Source: a virus (taxonomy: Duplodnaviria; Caudoviricetes). From it: 51,743 nt of DNA. The position numbers were made by a program, and so were the translations under genes. The notes beneath the pieces were generated by a model. That model did not search any database, was not told where the DNA came from, and saw only the letters and a program-made list of their open reading frames with translations. The stretch lies in IMG/VR virus record IMGVR_UViG_3300021197_001176, positions 1 through 51,743 of that record. One strand, given 5' to 3'. This document shows, one piece after another, positions 1-9,600 of the stretch (positions within the stretch are counted from its first letter, which is position 1; every line of letters starts with the position of its first letter).

Positions 1-394
1 AACTCAAGTACCGGATAGTAGTATTATATACGGTTATGATTTATCTTATGATATGACAAATAGATTACCAAGGCCTAATATCCATGTTTTATTAACTATC
101 GTAGGCTCTCCTACCTTTGATTCTTTAGGTGGTAGTAAAATAACACAAAATTATGATGTAGAAATATATGTTGTAGTAGCAGGTACTAACTACGAAAACT
201 CATACAGAACAGGTATGAATATTTTGGGTGAAGTGTTTGATGAATTATATACAAAAACAGGGGTATTGGCTACTACAGATAGTATTACAAGTTATAGTGC
301 TTTACTAGATACTAAAATGGATGATGACGAAACTGTATGTGTACACCAATTAACTCTTACATATATGCGTAAAATAGATATGAGACATAGATAA
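1..394 (+). CDS. Probable tail terminator/completion protein, 5' truncated by window edge
   Basis: Frame is open from position 2 to the ATG at 53, so the gene probably starts outside the window; it sits directly upstream of the tail tube gene. Confidence 0.5.
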   Translation, partial: TQVPDSSIIYGYDLSYDMTNRLPRPNIHVLLTIVGSPTFDSLGGSKITQNYDVEIYVVVAGTNYENSYRTGMNILGEVFDELYTKTGVLATTDSITSYSALLDTKMDDDETVCVHQLTLTYMRKIDMRHR

Positions 395-443
395 TATTGA
401 TAAGAGACTCTTTAGGTGGTAAGTACTAACTAGAGGTAATAGT

Positions 444-1679
444 ATGACAAGCGAGTTTAATAATAGATATGTTTCATTAGAAAGAGAAACCGGCTACGGA
501 ACAGGCGCAGACGGCACAGGAGAAATATTCGGAGAAGTAGATGATGAATCATTTGCTATGTCTTTCGATATGCTTACAAGAAGCGACATAAGTAGACAAA
601 TCTCATCAAAAATGCAAACAGGAACAGAATATTCAGATGGGACAATAAATATGGCTGCACAGATAGACGATTTCTTAGGACACGTTTTACATGGTGTTTT
701 ACCCGATGATACAAGGTCATCCGGTAGTGGTAGTTCACAATTACATACTATGAAACCTGCATCTTACGCTCTTAGTGCAAAACTAAGTGATAGTGATGCT
801 TTTAATGTTATTAACTATCCCGACACAGGAAATGGTCCGGGTACTATTAACGTAGGTTCTTACTGTACATATCAAGGAGATGTTTACAGATGTACAACAG
901 CAATTTCATCAGCCAAGGCTTTCGCTGCGTCAGATTGGTACAAAATTGGTTATCCTTCTTATACCGTAAGAGTAGGTAGAGAACAAAAAGAACACACTTT
1001 TACAGGTATGATGGTTGATAGTTTTAGCCTAACTGCTAACGTAGGAGAATACGTTATGATAAGTGCTGATTTTGTAGGTAGGGCTGAAAGTGCAGTAGCA
1101 GCATTAGATACACCCGATTTTTCCGGTGAGGCTCTAAGTGCTTTACACTTTGCTAACGGTAATGTTTACTTTAACGCTAACGCTGATGCTAGTTACGGTA
1201 GCGCAACAGCAGTAGTTAAAGGAATATCACTAGATATTTCTATGAATAGAGATACTGACAACGCATACGGATTAGGTTCTTCTACATACAAAACTGCACC
1301 TGCTTCACAATTAATGGAGATTACAGGTAGTATTGATTTTAACGAAGTAGTATATACTGCCGAAGGCGCAGAAGTACCACATTGGGCTACACTAACAACA
1401 GAAGGTGGATTAGAATACAAATCATCAGCACAAGCATATAACGATTCTTCTGTTATGAAATTAGAGTTTATAGAAGAAGGCGCAGTAAATAACAAAATGG
1501 TTATTGAGTTATTCCATCTAAGATTTGATGCACCAACAGGCGCAGGTGTTAGTGGAAGAGATTCAAACACAATGACAGTAGGTTTTACGGCATTAGTAAA
1601 CCCTGTATCGGGTAAATCAATAGAAATAGGTTATCAAGGTGCATCTTTGTCTAATTCTTCGTACTCGGAAATGTACTAA
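444..1679 (+). CDS. Major tail tube protein with an inserted small carbohydrate-binding-like domain
   Basis: 411 aa; tail-tube-like motifs (YTVRVGRE..HTFTGMMVDSFSL, EITGSIDF); upstream of chaperone and tape measure genes; GAGGT RBS. Confidence 0.75.
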   Translation: MTSEFNNRYVSLERETGYGTGADGTGEIFGEVDDESFAMSFDMLTRSDISRQISSKMQTGTEYSDGTINMAAQIDDFLGHVLHGVLPDDTRSSGSGSSQLHTMKPASYALSAKLSDSDAFNVINYPDTGNGPGTINVGSYCTYQGDVYRCTTAISSAKAFAASDWYKIGYPSYTVRVGREQKEHTFTGMMVDSFSLTANVGEYVMISADFVGRAESAVAALDTPDFSGEALSALHFANGNVYFNANADASYGSATAVVKGISLDISMNRDTDNAYGLGSSTYKTAPASQLMEITGSIDFNEVVYTAEGAEVPHWATLTTEGGLEYKSSAQAYNDSSVMKLEFIEEGAVNNKMVIELFHLRFDAPTGAGVSGRDSNTMTVGFTALVNPVSGKSIEIGYQGASLSNSSYSEMY

Positions 1680-1690
1680 GGTGATTAAGT

Positions 1691-1888
1691 ATGGCTAACA
1701 ATGGTGGTACAGTAATTGCAGACAAAACTAAACTAAAGGTCAATGCTTTTACAGGTACAGCAGCAGAAGTACAAACAGCATTTAGGGCTGCAATAGCCAA
1801 CAATGACGTAGTAATTTCTTGTGATACTTCAAGAAAAAAAGATAGTAATTTTATTACATTAACCGTAGTATGGATTGATGTAGCATAA
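1691..1888 (+). CDS. Small hypothetical virion-module protein
   Basis: 65-aa ORF with GGTGA RBS, operonic spacing. Confidence 0.6.
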   Translation: MANNGGTVIADKTKLKVNAFTGTAAEVQTAFRAAIANNDVVISCDTSRKKDSNFITLTVVWIDVA

Positions 1889-1904
1889 ACATAAGGTGAG
1901 TAAA

Positions 1905-2042
1905 ATGGAAACATACGAAGATAAAGAAGGAAACATTTGGTCTAAAGAAATAAAAGATGGTAGATTGGTTGAAAAACTTATCGAAAGAAAAAAGAAAACA
2001 GCACCTAAAAAGAAGGCTGCTAAGAAATCTAAAAAACAGTAA
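1905..2042 (+). CDS. Lys-rich micro-protein (45 aa, METYEDKEGNIW...KKAAKKSKKQ), absent from ORF track
   Basis: AGGTGAG RBS just upstream of ATG; fills the gap between neighbours. Confidence 0.6.
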   Translation: METYEDKEGNIWSKEIKDGRLVEKLIERKKKTAPKKKAAKKSKKQ

Positions 2043-2051
2043 GGTGTAAAA

Positions 2052-2294
2052 ATGAAAGTATTAGTAGCAAGTAAAGATATAGAAGTTTTGGCTGCCGCAT
2101 TAGGACAGCACCCTGCCGAAGATATTTGGTGGTGGAGTGAAGAATCAAGAAGAAAAGAAGGTTATGCTTTGGGTCTATTAAGATATAGAATAGTAGAAAC
2201 GCCTACAAGAGAACAAGCAATAGATATGGGTTGGGACAAAGTAATGAAAGCATTACCACGTTCTTTTACGTCAAAAGTAGATGAAGAAGAATGA
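2052..2294 (+). CDS. Hypothetical protein
   Basis: 80-aa ORF with AGGTG RBS. Confidence 0.6.
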   Translation: MKVLVASKDIEVLAAALGQHPAEDIWWWSEESRRKEGYALGLLRYRIVETPTREQAIDMGWDKVMKALPRSFTSKVDEEE

Positions 2295-2443
2295 ATGATA
2301 GGAATACCTTCATAAACACTTTAGGTGTTTGGGAAATTAAAGAGGATGGAACAGTCCGTCTAATAAGCGAGGCGGAACCGCCAAAACAAAAGAAAAGGAG
2401 TGATAGAAATGCCGGTACTAAAAAAAGAAATAGAATTAAATGA
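2291..2443 (+). CDS. Possible basic micro-protein (50 aa, MNDRNTFINTLGVWEIKEDG...)
   Basis: ATGA overlap with upstream stop; overlaps next gene by about 35 nt. Confidence 0.35.
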   Translation: MNDRNTFINTLGVWEIKEDGTVRLISEAEPPKQKKRSDRNAGTKKRNRIK

Positions 2444-2750
2444 TGGAAGCAAGATTTGGGTTAAACAAGCATCTGGAATGGCGAAACTCAAAATAACTAA
2501 TATACAGGCTAGAGCCTTTAGAGAAATGAATCATGCAGGAGAGCCTAGTGAGTGGACTACACAACAAAATGAAGAGTTTGCTAATAAAATAGAAGAAATG
2601 GGCGGCGGAATGCAATCACAAATAGAAGAATGGATTCCTAAGTGTATATTAACAGAAGGTTTCGATATAGATACTCTTACCTTTGAAGAATTACAAGATA
2701 TTTTACTATTCGTTAGAGGCGATATAGAAGAAGGCGCAGTCCCTTTATAG
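2409..2750 (+). CDS. Tail assembly chaperone (gpG-like)
   Basis: Between tail tube and tape measure genes; ATG at 2409 after GGAGTGA; ends in slippery heptamer CCCTTTA. Confidence 0.7.
   Translation: MPVLKKEIELNDGSKIWVKQASGMAKLKITNIQARAFREMNHAGEPSEWTTQQNEEFANKIEEMGGGMQSQIEEWIPKCILTEGFDIDTLTFEELQDILLFVRGDIEEGAVPL
2741..2747 (+). other. Programmed -1 ribosomal frameshift site C CCT TTA
   Basis: X XXY YYZ pattern immediately before TAG; the -1 frame is open and joins ORF 2780-3061. Confidence 0.75.
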
Positions 2751-3061
2751 ACTTTATTAGAGTAGCCCCCTCTCTATGTATGGCTTTTAAGGGGGTTTTA
2801 CCCTCGGACCTATTTGATAAATATGACTGCGAAGGCGGTGCATATAAAATGCAATTAGATATACTAATTGCTATGGATATAAATGATAAAATTAAAGAGG
2901 CTACGCAAGATGCAAAGACAGATGCAAAGAGCGCAGTAGCAAGAAGGGACCAAAGAAGAGAGAAAAGAAAACACTTATCAGACGGTGGTGGTGTTCTTAA
3001 AGCACTTAGAGATAGCGGGGTCCCTATAAAGGGCGGTAGTGGAGATAGTGTTGGAGAATGA
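2741..3061 (+). CDS. Tail assembly chaperone extension (gpT-like part of a gpGT fusion)
   Basis: -1 frame open from 2741 (PFIDFIRVAPSLCMAFK...) to stop at 3061. Confidence 0.7.
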   Translation, partial: PFIDFIRVAPSLCMAFKGVLPSDLFDKYDCEGGAYKMQLDILIAMDINDKIKEATQDAKTDAKSAVARRDQRREKRKHLSDGGGVLKALRDSGVPIKGGSGDSVGE

Positions 3062-3130
3062 TTTATAAAAAGAATAGTAGCGTGAGGTGGTAATATACCA
3101 ATTGGTGCATCCCGAATTGTATTCGACATT

Positions 3131-6100
3131 ATGGGTACATTCCAAGCAAACAGGCTACTAAAGGATGCTAAAGCAGCAAGTGTAATGTTCCAAGCAATTA
3201 TGCTTGATGCCGTGACAGGTATTCAAGATGCAGGTATAGCCATAGGCGACCAATTTGGGGCGTTTATGGAGTCGGTAATACCCGTAGCAAGAGAAATAGA
3301 AGAAGGAAGAATAGAGTTAGAAAAGTTTTTGACAGCAGCACACGATTTTTCCGCAGTACAACAAGAAGTTACAGAATTAGGTTTAAGTTTTGGGTTCGCT
3401 GCTGATGAAGCCTTTGCAGCATCGGCTAGAATGGCGCAACTAAGCGGTGTTATGGGTCCGGGTACAATGGGCGTAGGTACTAAATTAGGTATGGAGTTTG
3501 GTCTAATAAGTGGTATGAGTACCGAAGCGGCTATGCAACGTATGATTAACTTACAACAACAAACTCATTTTATGACAAAGGGTATAGCAGAAAACGCTTC
3601 TGAACAAGAAAGACAAAACCAAATTAGGGCTAACTCTATAAAAGTTCTCGACCAACTTAACACAGTAGAAAACAGGTCTGCTGCTACTATGGAACAGATT
3701 ACTTATGTTATGAATCAATTCGCTTCACAGGCACACCTAACGGGACAAAGTATTGCTAGTATGGCTGCTATGTCTGCCGTTCTTATTGAAGCCGGTGAAG
3801 AACAAGGAAAGGGTGGTAGAGCCTTGCGTATGATATATGCTAGGTTAGGTGCTAATACAAACGGTGCAGCAGACGCATTCCATAATTTAGGTATAGCCAC
3901 AAAAGATGCAGACGGAAATCTAAGAGATTTTTCAGATATAATGAAAGACTTAAACAAAATATATCCCGATTTAACTTCTGCTGAAAGAACAAGATTGGCT
4001 CAACAAGTAGCAGGTAATAGACACTACACTAGATTCTTAAAGTTAAGCGAAAACTACAATAGGGTTTTAGAGTTAGAGTTTGAGGCTCTTATGAGATTAT
4101 CTCCTGCGTTAGAGGAAATACAAAGAAGAAGAGATACAGATTTGTTCCAATTACAGGAAGCGGAAGCAAGACTTAAAAACTACACAGGTGCTATTGGTTA
4201 TGGGCTTATGCCCGCTTTAACACAAGCCACTAATAGACACGCTGATTTTAATAAAGAAATTGCTATATTAGTAGGCGGAGATGGTATTCTTGGTGCGGGT
4301 ATAGGACAAATGTTTGCCTTTGGTTCTGAAATGAGAGATTTAATAGGGCCTATGGTAAATCTAATGGTAAATATGCAGTCTCTAAATGTAGCGTTTCAAA
4401 CTCAACAAACAATAATGAGAGCATTAAATCAAGAAGAAATTGTTAATCAAAATGCTTACGGTAATAAAAACCAAGTACTACAAAGTCATACAAGTTTGAT
4501 GTTTCAATTAAACTCATTAATTACAGAACACAGTAAAAGATTAGAGTATAATACTCTTGCGGCAAAACATGGGGTAGAATTAACTAAAGACCAAATAGAA
4601 GCAGAATTATTATTACAATCATCTTTACATGAGACTAATAGACAATTAAAAGGTAAAATATTAGGTCAAAACTTAACTGCTACATCAACTAAAAGAGATA
4701 TAGACAATATAAACTTACAAATACAGGCTCTACGAAGAGAAGAACAACAGTTAAGAAAAATCGCACAAGCCGAAAAACTTCGTCATTCTCTTTTAGGTAA
4801 AAGACCAGAAGAAGGAACAGGAGATAAACGCAAAAGAGCGTATAGAGAATCGGCATTAGCAGTAAAAGAGTTTGACGATTCTTTAGAACAAGCAAAACAG
4901 GCAGAACTAGCCTTAAGTAATCATATAATAGACACTACGCCTATTATTAATAAGTACGAAACACAATTAGATTCACTAAACTCTACTTTAAGAGACACAA
5001 ATAGAGAGACAAATGCGTTAGGTGTACAACAAGAAAAAACTGCCGAATCTATGAATAAGTCTATGAATAAATTAGGTATGTCTCAAACAATAACTATGCA
5101 AAATGACCAAGAATTAAGGACTGAAAGAATTAAGGCCGCAGCCCTAGAAGCCTCTCTTATGCAAAAACTTTCTACTAACTTTATGATGGCGGGTTCAGCC
5201 GCTATGATGTTTGGTAAAGGTCAAACAAGTATGAGGATTGGTATGTTGCTAAACATAGCGGGTATGGTGACAATGTTTAGACAAATGCAACTAAATGCTG
5301 TTGAAAGCGGTAAAAGTATTATGCTTAATATGCAAGAAACACTATCGCTTTTTGGTTTAGCAAAGGCAAAAGAAGTAAATGTAATAGCAACTAACAAAGT
5401 GACTCTTTCAAGGTATCAAGAATCAGTAATTATTTATCAGCAAATAGGTCTTATACAAGGTCTTATAGGGGCTAGAAGCCTAGAAACAATTACCGAGATG
5501 AAAAATAATGCGGTAAAAAAGGTAAAAATAATACTAGAAGCAGGTATTATTGCTACTACAAGTGCATTAATAACAGCAACCTATATTAAAATAAAAGCAT
5601 TTATGGCTGAAAGAATAGCCATGATTAAAAATATAAGTATTAGTGGTGTAGTAGCGAGTGTGAATACAATAAAGGCAGCAACATTTAGCGCAGTAGGTGG
5701 TGCTGCCATTTTTGCTGCTGCCGGAATAACGGCTGCGGGTAAAGCAGCAGTAGTAGCCTTTGCACCTTACATTCTTTTAATAGCAGCCGGTCTTGCTTTG
5801 GTAAAAGTATTAGAAGCGTTAGGTGTTTGGGACACTAGCATACCGGATTTTGCATCAGAAAGTTCGGACTTAAATATGTATAAAGCATCAACAGAAGATT
5901 TAATAGAAGCCCTCAAAGATGAAACTTTAACAATAGAAGGTCTAACTGCTTCTCTTGCTGACCTTGCGGCAGAAAGAAAAACATTAGCAAATCAAGATTC
6001 TGCGGCTGCCGATGAAAGAATAGCACAAATAGATAAAGTAATGTCTAAAGAACAAATGCTAGTAGATATTTTAACAGCGAGAATGTACGATAAAGATAAT

Positions 6101-6682
6101 TTACCGGATATTAGCGCAGCACTTACAAAAAATGCAATAGAAGAATATGAAGATGGGCTATCATGGTGGGAAAGAAATATGCCTAGTTTAGCAGAAGATG
6201 TTACAATAGGAGATGCTACCTTTTCTACCTCTAATAACGCTATAAAAGATTACACAAAACAGTTTGAAAGTTTTGCAGAAAAATATCCCGAATTAGCAAA
6301 AATGATTGATGAGGCTAATATCACTACAGAAGAAGGGGTTCTTAGTTTATTAGAAAGTCTACAAATGGGTGCAGATGCTTTAACATCAGCAGAAATGAAT
6401 ATGTTAGGTGCTATGGTAGATGGGTACACCGAGGCAGACGAGGCTCTACAAAACTTTAACAATACAAGAGAAGAATTATTCTATGGATTTTCTTCTGACA
6501 AACTAACAGGTAATCTAGTAAAACAAGTAGTACAACAAGGAGTCGAAACTCTTATAACTACTACAGAAGTAATTATGAGTAATACGTTTAATGGTATGAC
6601 TACTACACAAGCAGCAAACCAAATATTAGATGAGATAGAGAGAGGCGCAGGTTTAAGAGGCATGAATCTTAGCAACGCATAG
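3131..6682 (+). CDS. Tail tape measure protein (TP901-like core)
   Basis: 1183 aa, helical, Ala/Leu-rich; GGRALRMI..LGIATKDADGNLRDFSDIMKDL motif; coiled coil plus hydrophobic segments; true start may be about 12 codons upstream. Confidence 0.9.
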   Translation: MGTFQANRLLKDAKAASVMFQAIMLDAVTGIQDAGIAIGDQFGAFMESVIPVAREIEEGRIELEKFLTAAHDFSAVQQEVTELGLSFGFAADEAFAASARMAQLSGVMGPGTMGVGTKLGMEFGLISGMSTEAAMQRMINLQQQTHFMTKGIAENASEQERQNQIRANSIKVLDQLNTVENRSAATMEQITYVMNQFASQAHLTGQSIASMAAMSAVLIEAGEEQGKGGRALRMIYARLGANTNGAADAFHNLGIATKDADGNLRDFSDIMKDLNKIYPDLTSAERTRLAQQVAGNRHYTRFLKLSENYNRVLELEFEALMRLSPALEEIQRRRDTDLFQLQEAEARLKNYTGAIGYGLMPALTQATNRHADFNKEIAILVGGDGILGAGIGQMFAFGSEMRDLIGPMVNLMVNMQSLNVAFQTQQTIMRALNQEEIVNQNAYGNKNQVLQSHTSLMFQLNSLITEHSKRLEYNTLAAKHGVELTKDQIEAELLLQSSLHETNRQLKGKILGQNLTATSTKRDIDNINLQIQALRREEQQLRKIAQAEKLRHSLLGKRPEEGTGDKRKRAYRESALAVKEFDDSLEQAKQAELALSNHIIDTTPIINKYETQLDSLNSTLRDTNRETNALGVQQEKTAESMNKSMNKLGMSQTITMQNDQELRTERIKAAALEASLMQKLSTNFMMAGSAAMMFGKGQTSMRIGMLLNIAGMVTMFRQMQLNAVESGKSIMLNMQETLSLFGLAKAKEVNVIATNKVTLSRYQESVIIYQQIGLIQGLIGARSLETITEMKNNAVKKVKIILEAGIIATTSALITATYIKIKAFMAERIAMIKNISISGVVASVNTIKAATFSAVGGAAIFAAAGITAAGKAAVVAFAPYILLIAAGLALVKVLEALGVWDTSIPDFASESSDLNMYKASTEDLIEALKDETLTIEGLTASLADLAAERKTLANQDSAAADERIAQIDKVMSKEQMLVDILTARMYDKDNLPDISAALTKNAIEEYEDGLSWWERNMPSLAEDVTIGDATFSTSNNAIKDYTKQFESFAEKYPELAKMIDEANITTEEGVLSLLESLQMGADALTSAEMNMLGAMVDGYTEADEALQNFNNTREELFYGFSSDKLTGNLVKQVVQQGVETLITTTEVIMSNTFNGMTTTQAANQILDEIERGAGLRGMNLSNA

Positions 6683-6690
6683 GTGATTTA

Positions 6691-9600
6691 ATGGTAAGAC
6701 ACGTCACGGCTATGTATAATATTTGGCTCGCCGGATATTATGATGACTTTATGGGTGCTAGGGCTATCTCGGATGATTTTAACACACCTAGTAATACATA
6801 TTCTACGGGTGTTTATGAAAGTACACTTACACATTTTGGAAATCCTATGAATGGAGAGGCTACTCTAAATCAAAGATATAGATTTAGTATTGCTGATAGA
6901 AACTTAATAGGCTCTACACACGTTGATAATGTAGATAGTGCTAATCAGTATCTTAAAAATAAAGGTGCGTTTGAATGGTTATCTTATGACAACACAAGAC
7001 AAAATGCGGAAAAATGGGAAGGTAGAGCGCAACTACAATATCCCGATGGACATATTGCTAATAGATATGCCTTTAATAATGTGGAAATAGCAGGTAGTAA
7101 TGCTACTGATTGGTTGTTATTTACAAACGGTAATGATACAGAAGGTAGATATTTAGTACCTACGGGAGATAACGATGCTACTTTTGGTAGAAGTAATATG
7201 AAATCATATATTAATACTATTGGTGCTGCTAATTATGCTAATAAAATTGCGGGAAAAATAGATGCTACGGGAGATTTTATACAAAGAGCGCATTTAGCGG
7301 GTGTTTGGATGGGAGAAACATTGTCTTTTAATGCTTTAACTACTACTCCTGTTAATTTGTTTGCGCCTGTTTCATCACCATCGGGACAACCTTTTCTATG
7401 TGTACAAACTTGGAGAACGGCTTATAATGATAGTAGTAGTAAACCACAATTAGTTTACGATGGTCCTTTGAACAGTCTATTAGACGGAGATATTTTTACC
7501 GCAAGAGTAGCGGTAAGAGCATTTAATGGTACAACAGGGGGAACAGGCGTAGTTCAACACGGAAAAGTACCGACTAATTTAACATTTAAAATAGGTTATC
7601 CTGCTTCACAAAAAGGTACAACTTCGTCTTTAGGATTTACAGGTACACCTGCAATTACTTATGTTATTGATTTGTCTAGTGCTTCTCTAGGATATGATTT
7701 ACTAGGTTTACAATTTGAAAGTACTACAAAAAAAAGTATATTTAACGATGATTCGTGGTTAGATGTAGATTTTGTCTTAAATTATAGTGGTAATAGTGGC
7801 GCAGGTACTTTTGATGTTTATATTAACGGAACATTAATTGCTTCTAACCAAAATATGTCGGGTAGTCCTAGTGCCGGAGATTTATACGGTTATGAAATAG
7901 AGGCAGCACCAACAAGTGCTAACCCCTCAAGTAGTACTACATTAATGGTTGATAGAGTAGGTCTTGTTAGATATTTAACAGACGCTAAAAACTACAAAAG
8001 TTATGATGCGCCCATACAAAATATGAATATTTCTATGCCGGTAAACGGTGTATCTAATTGTAAAATTGTTATTGCTGATGACCCACAAAAACAACTAGAT
8101 GGTGGCGGTGCAGCAAATCTTAATGTTGGTATGCGTTCCCAAGATTATTTACATAATTTAAAAAATATATTTAGTGGTGATACCCCCGTTGATTGGTCTT
8201 TATTAGTTTTTGCTAGTCAAACACCAAGAATAGATAGGCCGGTATGGAGAGGCATAATAGATAAAATGTCTATCAAACAAAGAAATAATGACGGTAGAAC
8301 AATAACACTAAACGCTAATGACAATCTTAATTTATTAGATAGACAAATACCACTATGGGAAGTAGGACAAAAGAGCCTTAGTAATAACACGGAAACACCG
8401 CAATATTGGTTATATGATGCACAAGGATATAGACAAATTATGAATCTAGGTACTTTACCCTTAAAAACACTTAGTAATAAAGTAGGGTTTGATGTAGATG
8501 ATTCATATTTAGAAGTAAATAATCAAAGAACACAACTAGGTTCGGGCCACCCCATACAAATGTACAACAATGAAGATACAGTTTTTGGTCCTAACGATTT
8601 AGAAGCACAATATGAAGGTGTATTTTCACAAGGGTTTAGTCAAGATACTAACGGTAAAACAGTTATAAACTTATTAGTAGGTCATGGTATTACTCAAGGC
8701 TCTACTGCTGTTATTAGGGGTTCTAATAACGCGGCTACTAATGGGTCTTATACTGTAGATTCTGTTACAAGCCTTTCTGCTACTTTTAGTGCAAGTGATG
8801 TACCTTATGTCACACCTGCTGCTAAAATAGTATATGCAGGTAAATATCTAGGAGAAACAAACGCATCTTCTATTTTACTTAGATTACAACAACCCGGCAC
8901 AAGTCAGTTTTTTAGTCACTATATAGGATGGCGTAGGGCTGAAAATGGGTATAACGCATTACCTAATTCTGATTCAGATGAGGCTATATCAGAATACGTC
9001 ACATTTTTCTTTGATGCTGACCCTGCTTTACTTATAAACGATGAGTTTTGCGTGAGTGATGTGACAGTAGGGCTTTCTGCTGAAACAAGTTATGATGGTA
9101 AACACACGGTTACAGGTGTTAAAAAAATTATGAATTATTACGATACAGGCACAATAACTAATCCGTTCTTGTGGGCCGTGACTACATCAACGGATTACAA
9201 CGGTATTGAGTTTGGAAATTATACCCAAAAAACAGGATTGAAAGATGATGATGATAGAAAAAGTATTTCTTTAGATTCATGTACCATAGCGACCACAGCA
9301 GGTAATTTCGATAAAGTAAAATACAAACCAATACACGCTAGATGGATGCGAGATTTACCTAAGAGTCTTTGGTTTCAATATCACTTTGGTAAAATAAATC
9401 GTACTGCTTTGTTTAAAGTTAGTGTTTCCGCAAATGTAAGTACAGGAGACAATAAAGTACAAATACCACAATCCCTATACAATAATTTAACTACTAATCA
9501 TAAAAGCGGCATAGCACAATTAAGCAACAGTCTAGGAAGTACTATATTTGTATACACAGGTCTTGTAAGTAGTGGTGGTAATTACTACCTTGTAGGCTGT

